A stretch of DNA of 64,000 nucleotides from Malacoraja senta (lineage: Eukaryota), in assembly GCA_038087875.1 (NCBI GenBank), contig CM075992.1, positions 9,550,001-9,614,000 of the forward strand, read 5' to 3'. Under the pieces are notes generated by a model. That model was not told the DNA's origin, made no database searches, and worked only from the letters and a program-made list of their open reading frames with translations. The position numbers and the translations under genes were made by a program. Of this stretch, positions 11,736 through 25,848 are shown piece after piece (the stretch's first letter is position 1; every line of letters starts with the position of its first letter).

Positions 11736-12728
11736 CATAGAAACATAGAAAATAGGTGCAGGAGGAGGCCATTCGGCCCTTCGAGCCAGCACCGCCATTC
11801 ATTGTGATTATGGCTGATCGTCACCAATCAATAACCGGTGCCTGCCTTCTCCCCATATCCCTTGATTCCACTAACCCCTAGAGCTCTATCTAACTCTCTC
11901 TTAAATCCATCCAGTGATTTGGCCTTCACTGCCCTCTGTGGCAGGGAATTCCACAAATTCACAACTCTCTGGGTGAAAAAGTTTTTTCTCACCTCAGTCT
12001 TAAATGGCCTCCCCTTTATTCTAAGACTGTGGCCCCTGGTTCTGGACTCGCCCAACATTGGGAACATTTTTCCTGCATCTAGCTTGTCCAGTCCTTTTAT
12101 AATTTTATATGTTTCTATAAGATTACCCCTCATCCTTCTAAACTCCAGTGAATACAAGCCTAGCCTTTTCAATCTTTCCTCATATGACAGTCCCGCCATC
12201 CCAGGGATCAATCTCGTGAACCCAATGCCTCAATCACAAACGTGTATGTGGCAAATTTCCTTCTGTTCAGGGCACTGGAAACCAGATGCACTTTGGTGAC
12301 CATCCGATTGGTTTTAGTTTAGAGATGCAGCATGGAGACAGGCCCTTCGGCCCACCGAGTCCATGCCGACCATCAATCACAGACTCGTTCTAATTTGAGG
12401 AAGGACATCCTTGTGATTGAGGCAGTGCAGCGTAGGTTCACGAGATTGATCCCTGAGACTGAGGTGAGAAAAAACGTTTTCACCCAGAGAGTTGTGAATT
12501 TATGGAGTTCCCTGCCACAGAGGGCAGTGGAGGCCAAATCACTGGATGGGTTTAAGAGAGAGTTAGATAGAGCTCTAGGGGCTAGTGGAGTCAAGCGATA
12601 TGGGGAGAAGGCAGGCACGGGGTACTGATTGGGGACGATCAGCCATGATCACAATGAATGGCGGTGCTGGCTCGAAGGGCCGAATGGCCTCCTCCTGCAC
12701 CCATTTTCTATGTTTCTATGTTCTATGT
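11736..12728. mobile_element. Two CR1/HER1-like 3' fragments (11736-12221 minus; 12389-12728 plus, internally deleted)
   Basis: ORFs 11828-12211(-) and 12332-12628(+) with RRFTRLIP / FFTQRVVNLWNSLP motifs and (TTTCTATG)n tails. Confidence 0.85.
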
Positions 12729-14109
12729 TATCCCACGTCTGCATGCACTCCCGACACACTTTACGGAGGGCCGATTAACCTACAAACCCGCACGTCTTTG
12801 GGATGTGGGAGGAAACCGGAGCTCCTGGAGGAAACCCACGTGGTCACAGGGAGAACTTGCAAACTATTCACACTGACAGAATCAGAGGTCAGGATCAAAC
12901 CCGGGTCTCTGTCGCTGTGAGGCAGCAGCACTACCCACTGCACCACCGTGCACTGGCTTATGCGGCAGCCATTAGTCATAGAGGTTTACAGCACAGATGC
13001 AGGCCCTTCAGCCCAGCCTGTCCATGCCGAATTGGACTAGCCCTATTTGCCAGCATTTGGCCCCGAGCCCTCAAAACCCTTGCTATCCATGTATCTGTCC
13101 AAATGTCTTAAACATTGCAATCGTATCCGCTTCTAGAGCTTCCTCTGGCAGCTCATTCAAATGATTAGTATGGGTGTCAGGGGTTATGGGGAGAAGGCAG
13201 GAGAATGGGATTAGGAGGGAGAGATAGATCAGCCAGGATTGAATGGCAGAGTAGACTTGATGGGCCGAATGGCCTAATTCTACTCCTATTCCTTATGACC
13301 TTCTGGATAGGGGCTATCCTCTGTGGGTGAAAAATGCCCCTGAGGTCCTTCTTAAATCTTTGCTGACTTGAACAATAAACAAAGTGCTGATGGAACAGTT
13401 TATTCCACGCTGTCCTTTGTAGCTTTGCCTCGACCCCTTGATCCTACTCTACATTCAGTAATGTCATGTCTGGCCCGGACTCGAGCACAGCTCCGCTCTC
13501 CTGCTCTCCTGCCCGGTCACCCAACCCTTGTGGCCCAAAGTTCACAAGTGATAGGAGCAGAATTAGGCCATTCAGCCCATCAAGTCTACTCCGCCATTCA
13601 ATCATGGCTGATCTATCTCTCCCTCCCATCCCCATTCTCCTGCCTTCTCCCCATAACCCCTGACACCAGTACTAATCAACAATCTATTTATCTCTGCCTT
13701 AAAAATATCCATTGACTTGGCCTCCACAGCCTTTTATGGCAATGAATTCCACAGATTCACCACCCTCTGACTAAAGAAATTCCTCCTCATCTCCTGCCAA
13801 AGGAACGTCCTTTTATTTTGAAGCTATGACCTCTGGTCCTAGACTCTCCCTCTAATGGAAACATCCTCTCCACATCCACTCCATCCCAGCCTTTGACTAT
13901 TCGGTAACAAAGACTTACCCAAGAGATAAGCTGGCCCCTGTGTACGACTCCAGCAAGCCCACTGCTCCACCACCTGGTTTGTATGGGCTTTGATCCCCAT
14001 TATACTGTATCTCACTCTTCTCCTTATCTCACTTTTTCCACCAATCCACTAATCAACCAGACAATAAATTGATTGTCAGATAGGTGGGGAAATGCATGAT
14101 GGATCCTGG

Positions 14110-14940
14110 GAGCAGCACGGTGGCGCAGCGGTAGAGTTGCTGCCTCACAGCGCCATGGGCCCGGGTTCCATCCCGACTACGGGTGCTGTCTGTACAGAGT
14201 TTGTACGTTCTCCCCGTGACTGCGTGGGTTTTTCCCGGGTGCTCTACTCCAAAGATGTACAGGTTTGAGGATTAATTGGCTTGGTAAGATTGTCCCTAGT
14301 GTGTGTAGGATAGCGTTAATGTGCGGGGATCACTGGTCGGTGCGGACTCAGTGGGTTTGTGTCTTAGTATAGGCAGCAAGGGAATTGTTTTATTGGTCCG
14401 AAGCATGGCCCCGACCCACAACATTGCCTATCTTGCTATTGAGGGAGTGCAGCGTAGGTTTACAAGGTTAATTCCCGGGATGGCGGGACTGTCATATGCT
14501 GAGAGAATGGAGCGGCTGGGCTTGTACACTCTGGAATTTAGAAGGATGAGAGGGAATCTTATTGAAACATATAAGATTATTAAGGGCTTGGACATGCTAG
14601 AGGCAGGAAACATGTTCCCGGTGTTCGGGGAGTCCGGAACCAGGGTCCACAGTTTAAGAATAAGGAGTAAGCCATTTAGAGCGGAGATCACGAAACACTT
14701 TTTCACGTAGAGAGTTGTGAGTCTGTGGAATTCTCTGCCTCAGAGGGTGGTGGAGGCCGGTTCTCTGGATACTTTCAAGAGAGAGCTGGATAGGGCTCTT
14801 AAAAATAGCGGAGTCAGGGGATATGGGGAGAAGGCAGTAACGGGGTACTGATTGGGGATGATCAGCCATGATCACATTGAATGGCGGTGCTGACTCGAAG
14901 GGCCGAATGGCCTACTCCTGCACCTATTGTCTATTGTCTA
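14110..14940 (+). mobile_element. V-SINE (14110-14355) followed by a CR1 3' fragment (14430-14940)
   Basis: tRNA-like head GCAGCACGGTGGCGCAGCGGTAGAG..GGTTCCATCCC; CR1 ORF2 motifs and tail. Confidence 0.85.
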
Positions 14941-15940
14941 TCTTTAGTTTAGCTTATTGTCATGTGTAGTTTTAAGATGAGAGGGGGAATGTTTGAAAGA
15001 GATGTATGGGGCAAGTATTTTACACAGGTGCCTGGAACATGCTGCTGGGGGTGGTGGAGGCATATACGATAGTTTAGTTTAGTTTATTGTCACGTGTACC
15101 GAGGTACAGTGAAAGGCCTTTGTTGCGTGCCAACCTGTCAGCAGAAAGTCTATACATGATTACAATCGAGCCGTCCACAGCGTACAGAAACGGGAAAAAG
15201 GGAATCATAGAAACTTAGAAACATAGAAAATAGATGCAGGAGGAGGCTATTCGGCCCTTCGAGCCAGCACCGCCATTCAATGTGATCATGGCTGATCACA
15301 ATGCAAGTACAGATAATCCGATAGACCGATTGATTGTAGTGGGATGGAGGCACCCACAGTGCACAAATACGGGATAAATGATAAATCTGTTCCCTCCACA
15401 CATGCTACCTCACCCCTGAGTTACTCCAGCACTTTCTGCTTAGCTTCTATTGGTGTCGGTACAGTTTATTATCGTCACATGTACAGAGATGCAGTGAAAG
15501 CTTTTCTCTGTGTACTATCCAGGTCTAGATCATGCCATACCTGTACAATCAACTTGTACATTAGTACAACAGGTAGTGCAAAAGGAAAAATAGCTGAGTG
15601 CACAATATAGTGTTATGGTGTCTAGTGTTACAGGTACAGGGAAAAGGTCCAGGGTGTGAGGTGAGGTAGGTTGGAAGATTTATGGGAGGACAGTTCAGTA
15701 GTCGGGTAACAGCGGGAAAGAAGCTGTTCCTGAATCCTGATTTCCCTGCTGTTATCAGACCACTGAATGGTCTTCCCATGAGCCAAGAGTGGGGTGGTGA
15801 TCTCCCAATCCTTCCTCATTGTGGCCCTTGGAGAAAAGATCTATTGTCCCTTCAGCCCGATGGGAGAGGGGAGTGGAGAGGAGGGAATGTATCTCCTAGA
15901 GGCCTCGGGATGGTGGAGTTGCTGCACTGCGGTGAGTCGT

Positions 15941-15955
15941 TCACCAGGTGGCGCC
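15941..15955 (+). promoter_or_regulatory. Candidate CTCF site in unique intronic DNA
   Basis: TCACCAGGTGGCGCC closely matches the CCASYAGRKGGCRS core. Motif match only. Confidence 0.35.
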
Positions 15956-17478
15956 ATCTACCCGTGTTTCGCAGCCCGATGGTAAAACCACATTTTGGGG
16001 CTGACAGATTGTGATGCCTGGAACCTTGAAGGACCTGGGAAGCCATTTGGCCTGGAGCCAGCCCCCTGTGCCAGTCAGCAAGATTGTGGCTTAACCTTTG
16101 CCTCAAACACCATTTTCCTGCATTGCTTCCATATCCTTGGATTCCTATAATGTCCAGAATTCTGTCGCTCACTGTCTTTTAGTGTAGTTTGCTCTAGAGC
16201 ACGGAAACAGGCCCTTCGGCCCACCCAGCCCATGCTGACCATCGATCGCCTGTTCATATTAGTTCTATGTTATTCCACTTTCACATCCACAAGAAGGGCA
16301 ATTTATAGAGGGCAAATTAACTTACAAACCCACATGTCTTTGGGATGTGGGGGGAAACCAGAGCACCCGGGGGAAACCCATGCGGTCACAGGGAGAACGT
16401 GCAAGCTCCACACAGGCAGCACCTGAGGTCAGGATCGAACCTGGGTCTCTGGCGCTGTAGGCAGCGGCTCTACACCCTACTCCACTGTGCCATCTTGAGC
16501 AAAATCAGAAAGTGTGTCTCCACAGACTCTTGGCTGAGAACTCCAAACTCTCATCACCCTTTAGATGAAGATATCCCTCCTCATTTCACTCCTAAATAGA
16601 GTCATTGATTCATAGAGTGATACACAGTGTGGAAACAGGCCCATCTTGCCCACACCGGCCAACATCTCCCAGCTACACTAGTCCCACCTGCCCGCGTTTG
16701 GTCCATATCCCTCCAAACCTGTCCTATCCATTTACCATGTACCAGTTTCTTAAAAGTTGGGGTAGTCCCAGCCTCAACTACCTCCTCTGGCAGCTTGTTC
16801 CATACACCCACCACCCTTTGTGTGAAAAAGTTACCCCTCAGATTCCTATTAAATCTTTTCCCCTTCACCTTGAACCCATGTCCTCTGGTCCTCGAATCCC
16901 CTGCTCTGGGCAAGAGACTCTGTGCATCTACCCGATCTATTCCTCTCATGATTTTATACATAGGTTACCCTGTGTTTTGAAATGGTGATTTCCGGAGATG
17001 GACACATCATATACTCATACAGCATGGAAACAGGCCCTTCGGCCCAACTTGCCCACACTGACCGAGACCCCCATCTAGTCCCACTAATATGGGCATTTCC
17101 CTCTAATCCTACCCTATCCATGCACCTGTCCAAATGTATTTTAAATGCTGTTATTGCACCATCAACTTCCTCCCCTGGCACCATGTTTCATACACTCACC
17201 ACCCTTTGTGTGAAGAAAGCTGTCCTCTTCAAGTTCCTATTGAATCTTTCCCCTCTTACATTAAACCTATGTCCACAGGTTCCTGATTCCCCTAGTCTGG
17301 GCATTTTGCCAATCTATTCACCAGGGAATATATCCTCTCAGCATCTGCCTTGTCAAGGCTGCTCAGTATTTTGTAAGTCCCAATGAACGAAAGGCCTAGC
17401 CCATTTGAGCACTCCTTTCTGATAGGACCTACCGAGGCAAGAACTGGTCAGGTGAACCTTTGCTGCACTCCCTCCATT

Positions 17479-18219
17479 CATAATCATAATCATACTTTAT
17501 TAGCCAAGTATGATTTGCAACATACGAGGAATTTGATTTGCCATAGTCATACCAATAAAAAGCAACAAGACACACAAAATGCATTTTAACATAAACATCC
17601 ACCACAGTGACTCCTCCACATTCCTCACTGTGATGGAAGGCGAAAACAAAGTTCAATCTCTTCCCTTGTTCTCCCGTGGTCGGGGGCCTCGAGCCTTCCG
17701 TTGATGGGGCGATCTTGGCTCCCGTAGCTGGCAGTCGGGTCCTATGTATTGGGGCGATCAAACTCCATCATCGAGGGGGGGGGGGAATCTCATCTCCCCC
17801 GCGCCGGGACTAGTTGAACCTTCTGCGACTTTGGAGCTTCCCAACTCGGTCTCTACCCGAGACTGCGAGCTCCGCGATGGTGAATTCCACGGGCAGCGGT
17901 TGGAGCCTCGATCCCAGGCAAGGGATTGCAGGCTCCGATGGCAAGTCCACGGCCCCTCAAAGTCAGTCCCGAGCAAGGCCTCCAGCTCCACGATGTTAGG
18001 CCGCAGAGCGACCGGATATACGATCCGGAAAACAATCGCATCTCCGGTAAGGTAAGAGATTGAAAACGTTTCCCCTGAACCCCTCCCCCACCCCCCACAT
18101 AAAATAAACCAGAGAACATCAACACAAACCTTCAAAACACACTAAAAATAAAAAATAAAAGACGACAAGACAGACAGACAGACGGTTGGCGAGGCTGCCA
18201 CCGTGCAGCGCCCCTGGTG
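17479..18219 (-). mobile_element. Non-coding retroposon with Rex/Babar-type 3' end and (TATGAT)n tail
   Basis: Minus strand ends GGCAAATCAAATTCCTCGTATG..TACTTGGCTAATAAAG(TATGAT)n, similar to the tail at about 5995-6048. GC-rich body shares motifs (CACAGTGA..CACTGTGATGG) with 9816-10045 and 36697-37110. Confidence 0.55.
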
Positions 18220-18885
18220 GTATATGTGCATGTCCTTGGGGATACAAATGTGCTGATTCACGGAAATCCAATCTTCTGCAAATTCTCCCGTACATTTTGA
18301 ATACATTTTTCAAGATGCAATTTAGTGTTTAAGAAGGAACTGCAGATGCTGGAAAAATCGAAGGTAGATAAAAATGCTGGGGAAACTCAGCGGGTGAGGC
18401 AGCATCTGTGGAGCGAAGGAAATAGGTGACGTTTCGGGTCGAGACCCTTCCTTCAGACGTCACCTATTCCTTCGCTCCATAGATGCTGCCTCACCCGCTG
18501 AGTTTCTCCAGCATTTTTATCTACCATAAAACATTTCATGGTATTAACTAATGACTGGATGGGGAATCAGGAACCAGAGGACATAGGTTTAAGGGGAGAG
18601 GGGAAAGATATCATAGGAACCTGAAGGGCAACTTCTTCCATCAGAGGGTGGTGGGTAGATGGAACGAGTTGCCAGAGGAGGTAGTTGAGGCTGGTATAAT
18701 AACAACATAAAAAAGATATTTGAACAGGTACATGGATAGGGAAGGTTTCGAGGGACCTGGGCCAAACCCAGGCAAGTAGAACTAGCTTAGATGGGCATGT
18801 TGGTTGGCTTGGACAAGTTGGGGCGCAGGTCCTGTTTTGTGCTGTACTACTCTATTTGCCTACATTTAGCCTATTCCCTCCAAAC

Positions 18886-19256
18886 CAGGGGTGGGGAACC
18901 TTTCATGTTGGAATGCCGCATTAAGTTAGCTGTAATCTAATAAGGCCGCATCCAAGAAAGTTCAATTATATACATTTCAAAATGTACATTATTTTGTTAA
19001 AATAGCCCTCGTGACTTACTAATGTTTTCACTGTGGCCGTCAGTCGGGGAGGATTATTTTGTTGAATCTTCTTTTACTCTTTGGTATTTTAAATACGTTC
19101 ATATTAAGATTAAAATAAAAATAATAAAAGACGAACAAAAACATATTAATAAAAATAAAAGGATTTGTTCTACAAAATTTGGATTCATTCAAAAGGCTGC
19201 ACTTAATGGCCTGGAAGGCCGCATGTGGCCTTAAGGCCGCAGGTTCCCCACCCCTG
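18886..19256. mobile_element. hAT (Charlie-like) MITE
   Basis: 16-bp TIR CAGGGGTGGGGAACCT / AGGTTCCCCACCCCTG; degenerate 8-bp TSD CTCCAAAC / GTCTAAAC; subterminal GGCCGCA repeats. Confidence 0.8.
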
Positions 19257-19865
19257 GTCTAAACCTTTCCTATCCATATATCAGTCCCAATGACTTTTTA
19301 CAAATCATAATTGTATTCTCCTATTACTTCCTCTGGCAGCTCTTTCCAGATATGGACTACCCCCTGAGTGTAAGATTTTCCCTCAGGTCCCTTTTAAATC
19401 TCACAACTCTTGTTTTTAAGCTTGTTTTACATTCCTCTCGCCTGAGAGAAAGACTGAGCGTTCACTTTATCCGTGCCCCTCTTGATCTTGTACACCTCAA
19501 TAAAGTCACCCCTCAGGCTCCTACGCTCTAAAGAAAACATTCCCAGGGTGTCCAACCTCTCCCTATAACTCAAGTCTGCGGGAAAAGTCCTGGTGAATCT
19601 CTTCTGCATCCTGCCGGGCCCTGGGACAACAGGAATGAGGATGATTTGGTTGTTCCAGGAACTGGCAAAAAACCCACTTCATGCTGTGCTGTGATAATTC
19701 CACGATCCTATTGACTGGGTGTCAGGGTGATGGGGAGAGTGGGGTTGAGAAATAGAGGTAGATCAGCCATGATTGAATGGCAGAGTTGACTTGATGGGCT
19801 GAATGGCCTAATTCTGCTCCTAGAACCATGAACTTATGACCTGCTCCTCTCTCTCTCTCTCTTAG

Positions 19866-19980
19866 ACAAAACTACAAGGACTACTCCATGGAATCCAGGA
19901 CTCTCTTCCGGATACACGCTGCTCTTTCCAAACTGAAAGCAGAGAAAGATGAGAATGGGCTGGAAGGAACTGCTCTCTAG
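19866..19980 (+). CDS. TTC39A: TTC39A-like, terminal coding exon
   Basis: (CT)n tract + TTAG acceptor (19865). In frame with the previous exon: (K)QNYKDYSMESRTLFRIHAALSKLKAEKDENGLEGTAL* (TTC39 motif NYK.YS.ESR..FRI.AA). Repeat-poor 3' UTR-like DNA follows to about 21000. Confidence 0.92.
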
Positions 19981-21179
19981 ACGTGAAGATGATGCAGTGC
20001 ATAAAACAACAAAGGACTTGGCGATTAAAACGGGGAAAGGGAGGGGCAGACGAGAGGAGCAGGGACATAGAATTAAACGGGCAGCTTCGCTCCAGAGAAC
20101 ACCAGGGATAAAAACGTTGGGGGAGCTGGAAGTTGTCCTGTGCCATTTTTGATTTGAGGAAAGAGCGCGGGGAGTGTAACCATGGGGATGGAGCGGCTGC
20201 CATTTTGTTTTCCACTGGACCTGAAGGGCATCGTGAATTCTCATTCCCAGGCGGGAAAGAGCTGGAATTTCTGGAGGGGGCTGGCCAAATCAAAGGAGGG
20301 GGGAAAAAAGCCCTGGAAACAGGGCACAAAACTAGCTTGTCCTTTCTTCAATTTCCTGGCAATACCAGGTAGCTGTGCCTTCTCCTGCCAGTTTATGGAG
20401 GCCTAGTTTAGGCCACTCGGGTTAGAAGTTTACTTACTAATACAAATGCATAATTTTAATGTTTTTGATGTCATTTGGAATGTTTCTAAATTTAGATTCT
20501 GTAGATAGACTGTGGAATATTGGGAGACTGGTTTGGCTAATTACACAAATTATTTTATATGCTGCCACTTAAGAGATTTTATATTTTACATTCAAATTGA
20601 GGTGTTATATTTCATTGTGGCTCAAATCGTTGCACGAACAATCGTTGATTGCTGCATTAGCTGGATGTGGCTGGTTAGTGGCTTAATATTGGCGTCAGAT
20701 CTGACCCACCCTGGAAGGTTTTGCTGAAAACCTTTGGAAAATTGTGGACTTTTCCAATATTCAGTGTTTAAACGAAGCCAGGAAAAACAGAAGTGCCTGG
20801 TACATCCGTTCCTTTGGCTGGCTTCGACTTTGCTTTTATGTGCTGTAATTTAAGAATTGTAAAGAGCGGATTCTGTAGGCAGACCTCAGCGATTACCAAA
20901 GCTTTCACACACGGTGGACATCCCAATCCTGGCCTTGTCTGATTCCAGTGTATAAATATCCATCAGGGGCTGAGATGGCGTTGCCTGCTCACATTGCCAC
21001 TCGATGGCCCAGTCTAGTTTAGTTTAGCTAAGAGATACAGCATGGAAACAGGCCCTTCGGCCCACCGAGTCCGTGCCGACCATCAATCCCCTTACACTAG
21101 CACTATCCTATACCTCAATAAGGTCACTGCTCAACCTCCTATGCTCCAAAGAAAATTATGGACAATTTACAATCTTTAC

Positions 21180-21653
21180 AATTCCTGGGATGTCAGGACT
21201 TTCATATGAAGAAAGACTGGATAGACTCGGCTTGTACTCGCTAGAATTTAGAAGATTGAGGGGGGATCTTATAGAAAACGTACAAAATTCTTAAGGGGTT
21301 GGACAGGCTAGATGCAGGAAGATTGTTCCCAATGTTGGGGAAGTCCAGAACAAGGGGTCACAGTTTAAGGATAAAGGGGAAATCTTTTAAGACTGAGATG
21401 AGAAAAACATTTTTTACACAGAGAGTGGTGAATCTCTGGAATTCTCTGCCACAGAATGTAGTTGAGGCCAGTTCATTGGCTATATTTAAGAGGGAGTTAG
21501 ATGTGGCCTTGTGGCTAATGGGATTAGGGGGTATGGAGAGAAAGCAGGTACAGGATACTGAGTTGGATGATCAGCCATGATCATATTGAATGGCGGTGCA
21601 GGCTCGAAGGGCCGAATGGCCTACTCCTGCACCTATTTTCTATGTTTCTATGT
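21180..21653 (+). mobile_element. CR1/HER1-like LINE 3' fragment
   Basis: [50 protein letters not shown] plus tail. Confidence 0.9.
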
Positions 21654-24600
21654 TTACCGAAGCCAATTAACCTACTATCCTGTACGTCTTTGGAATGTGG
21701 GAGGAAACCGGAGATCCCGGAGAAAACCCACGCGGTCACAGGGAGAACGTGGAAACTCCGTACAGGCAGCACCCGTAGTCATGATCGAACCGGAGTCTCT
21801 GACTGTAAGGCCTGGCAACAGCTCCCCATTCATCCCGGATGAACTGGGCAGGGCATGATCCCAAAGCTCATTGAGCAGGTCAGGAATTGAAGAAGGGTCC
21901 CGACCCGAAACGTCGCCTATTCCTTCTCTCCAGAGATCCTTCCTGTCCCTCTGAGTTACTCCAGCTTTTTGTGTCTACCTAGGAACTGCAAATGCTGGTT
22001 AACCAAAAAAAGACACAAAGTACTGGAGTAACTCACTGGGTCAGTGGCATCTCCCCATGACCATCAGGTCCTGTCCTGAAATGTCACCTATCACATAAAA
22101 AGATGCAAAGTGCTGGAGTAACTTAGCAGGTCAGGCAGCATCTCTGGGGAACACGGATAAGCGATATTTTGGTCGAGACCCTTCTTCAGACTACTTTGAA
22201 GAAATTCACCAGCTCCTTCATCTTTGTGTCCATTGTTTCACCTATCCCATTTTCTCCAGAGATGCTGCCTGACCCACTGAGTTACTCCCAGCTCTTCTAT
22301 GTGTTGAGAAGTCAGGAAGCCTGATTTCCTTTTAAACCAGCATCTGCAGTCCCTTCCTTTACATTTCCACTGAGTGATTCCTGGCTTGTCTTGAATTCTT
22401 ACCTCGACCAAGACCGGCCAACAGGAATCTGCTTTCCGAAGGTCATAACCCAATGTGCGACCGTCTGTCCATTAATAAGGATGTTAAGTCATCACTTGGT
22501 TATCAATGCAACTATCTGATTATCTCCCAAGATGGATCAGAGGAGGGACACCAATCTCCACCTCAACCAAAGCTCCACCAATATCCATTGACTTGGCCTC
22601 CAGTCTTCTGTGGCAATGAATGAGAGACATTTCATTGTGTCCATGTTCACAAGTCATAGCAGATGAATGAGGCCATTCGGCCCATCAAGTCTACTCCGCC
22701 ATTCAATCATGGCTGATCTATCTCTCCCTCCTAACCCCATTCGCCTGCCTTCCCCCCATAATTCCCGACACCGATACTAATCAAGAACCCATCAATTTCC
22801 ACCTTAGAAATATCCATTGACAACTTCCACAGCCTTCTATGGCAATGAAGTCCACAGATTCACCAATGTCTTGCCTTTCCCAAGTTGTTTCACGTCAAGG
22901 GCTTGCAACGTCAATTCCAACCAGGTCTACTCCCCTTGTTGAAACATGGGAGGACACACTGCCTCAGCCTCAGCTCAAGGCTGGAATGTACTGAGAAGCT
23001 GCACTTGGAGAAAAACCTGATTGAGCCTTCCATCTTTATTCTATTCCCACATCTCAGCAAGAATGCCCGTAGGACAATGCAAAATAATGCTGGCGTTAAT
23101 AGGTTAACATCTAGAGTGCACACAGTGCCAGAATCTGGGCTTGATCCTGACTACGCGTGCTGTCTGTGTGGTTTGCTTGTTCTCTCCGTAATCACCTGGA
23201 TTTCCTCCCTCTTCCCAAAGGCACGTGGGTTTATAGGTGAACTGGCCTCCTGTAAATTGATTGATGGTCGGCATGGACGCAGTGGGCCAAATGGCCTTTT
23301 TCCATGCTGTCTCTCTGAACTAAATGTCGTGAAACTAGTTTACACATATTTATGTCAATGCATAAGATTTGTTTCTGCTACCTTGAGGTGCTTAAGGTAA
23401 TTGTAGAGGAAAAATAAACACGGGATTAATGCTTGATGGTGGACTGAAGGGCCTGTTTCCATACTGTGTGGCTCAATCTGAAAGGAAGGCTGGGTCAGGG
23501 ACAAGGAAGTGCAGATGCTGGTTAATAGTAGCAAAGTAACCCAGTGGGTCAGGCAGCATCCCTGGAGAACATGGGTAGGTGGCTTATCACCGATTCAGAC
23601 TGAAGCACAGTCCCAACTAAAAACATCCCCATATCCTTGTTCTCCAGAGATGCTGTCTGACCTGCAGAGTTACTTCAGCACTCTGTGACGATCCTGGATC
23701 TTGGAGCAGGTTGGCAGGAAGAATAACTTCACCTGAGGAAAGGCGAGGAACATATCTCTCTTCTAGTTAAGGCTGAGGGGCCTGTTTTCCGCGCTGTATC
23801 TCTAAACTAAATTTAATCTTAATATCTGACCCTTCTCCACGAAGTGTCTGCTAGACAGTTTACCACAAAACTCTCACAGCTTCCACCCTCAAACTGAACT
23901 ATTTGAACCTACTCCTAGGAGTTGATGGTCTGTGTGCAAACGAACTGCAGATGCTGGTTTAAACCAAAGATAGACATAAAAAAGCTGGAGTAACGCAGCA
24001 TCTCTGGAGAGAAGGAATAGGTGACGTTTCGGATCGAGACCCTTCTTCAGACTGACCCGGTGAGTTACTCCAGCTTTTCGTGTCTAACTGGAGTTGATGA
24101 TCACTTGGTATTTCTGGGAGCTTGCTTTCACATGGGGAATGAAGCTGCCAGCAGCAACATGCTGCTACTGCGCAGAGAGCTGTTCCTTTGATGGAAAATT
24201 CAGCCAACTGTTAATGCACCCAACCTTTTACTGTCTCAGACATTTACTGCTTATTTCAGCACGGTTTAACCGGTCAAAATTCAGACTGATTCTGGATTTA
24301 CCAAAAGTTCCAATTTTAATATTTCCTCCTCTAAAGCACAGTGCTCCACCTCGCCCAAAGACCATGGAGAAGAGCTGTACCACTGGCTCAGCTATTCCAA
24401 CCTGGCGACTCTCATTTAAGGTAACTTGTTCAAGCTATGGAAAGCAAATCAGCACTGTTTCACCCTGGTTTTCAATTCAAGTAAAATATCTTCTCCAAGT
24501 GTGCTGGATTAGGTTAGGGCCTGCACCACAATGTTCTTGAATCATCATCGTGTCGATGCATTAAATGACTACAGATTATTCTTGCCTAGAAATTCATCCC

Positions 24601-25054
24601 AATTAGCACTAATATATATGGTATACTATCACGAGCAAGTTGTACCAAGGGACAAATTCATTCCATTGGACTTGATGGAATGAACATCAGAGGTTATGTT
24701 CCTAACTGGCTGAGGTTATCTGGTATGTTCAACTCTACGATGCTAACAGAATCACGGGATATGGGGATAAAGCAGGAACGGGGTACTGATTGTGGATGAT
24801 CAGCCGTGATCATATTGAATGGCGGTATGGGCTCAAAGGGCCGAATGGCCTACTCCTGCACCTACTTTCTATGTTTCAATGTGGAAGAGGAACACATTTT
24901 ACCTCTGACTCTTAGGAGTCCCCAGATGACTTAAAATGCGTCAAATAATCTTGTGGATGAGCTGCAAAGGTTTGCATTTACACGTGACTTAAGTACAGTG
25001 AGGCAAAAAGAATTGATTCAAATCATTTAATTTTAATTTATGTCAATTTAACTC

Positions 25055-25175
25055 AATAAAGTGAAAGTCTGGTCACAATGTTGTGCGTTTGTCTCTGTAG
25101 CTGTTACTACCAAGGATCACTGGTTCATTACATAAGCTGCACCATTAAGTTCTCATCTCTCATCTTGTCTTTATT
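25055..25175. terminator. Candidate convergent polyadenylation signals
   Basis: AATAAA on + at 25055-25060 followed by GT-rich 25080-25100; AATAAA on - at 25170-25175, about 380 nt past the GADD45GIP1 stop. Confidence 0.4.
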
Positions 25176-25556
25176 TCTGATGCCAACATGCCAGTGACCT
25201 AGATCAACACTGGGCCGTCTAAATCCACAGGACTTCCAGAGAAAAGCCACATACCTGCTTCCCCTCACTCCCCAATTAGCTCTTGGATTCATTAGGCAAG
25301 TTCTGAGACTGTGGGTCAGTTGTGCAACCTGTTACTCAAGGGAGACAGCTACCAGAAACCCTCTCTGGTTAATTGCCAATAAATATGGCCATCTGGTGCC
25401 AAGAGCAAATTAAGTTAAATTACAAATGCCCGGGGCCACCAGGATTGGAACGTCTCAGATACATGAAACCCTCTCATTTACTTATAGTGGTTCATGCAGA
25501 TTCATGGAAATGGGTTGCAGTTATTCCAGATCCTGGGTGGAGATGAGAACATGGTT

Positions 25557-25848
25557 TTAAGGTGTGGCTGCTGCCGTCACCGCTTCGCTCCCGCCCGCTT
25601 CCACGTTCTTCCGCCTCTTTATCAGCTTCAGTTTCTTCTTCTCCTCCTTCTCCAGCTCCTTCACCATATCCTGGAACTTGGCGTTGCGCGGGTCGATGCT
25701 GTAGCCAAATCGCTCGCGGGCTTCAGCCAGCAGCCGGTCGCGCCTGGCCTTCTCCTCCCTCTGCTTCACCTTGGCCTCCCGCTTCTCCCGCCTCCACTCT
25801 TCAACCATCTTCGGCATCTTGGCCATGTTTGCCGCAATCAGCTTTTGT
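25557..25848 (-). CDS. GADD45GIP1: GADD45GIP1 (CRIF1 / mitoribosomal mL64), last coding exon
   Basis: Pyrimidine tract + CAG acceptor (25849-25851). Encodes (R)QKLIAANMAKMPKMVEEWRREK..RRDRLLAEARERFGYSIDPRNAKFQDMVKELEKEEKKKLK..*, matching CRIF1 MAKMP.M..W / LAEA.E..GY.VDPR...FQ. Confidence 0.92.

Noticed and set aside
18204..18219. CTCF-like CCACCAGGGGCGCTG on the minus strand
   Set aside because: One G short of the core spacing and part of a retroposon end.
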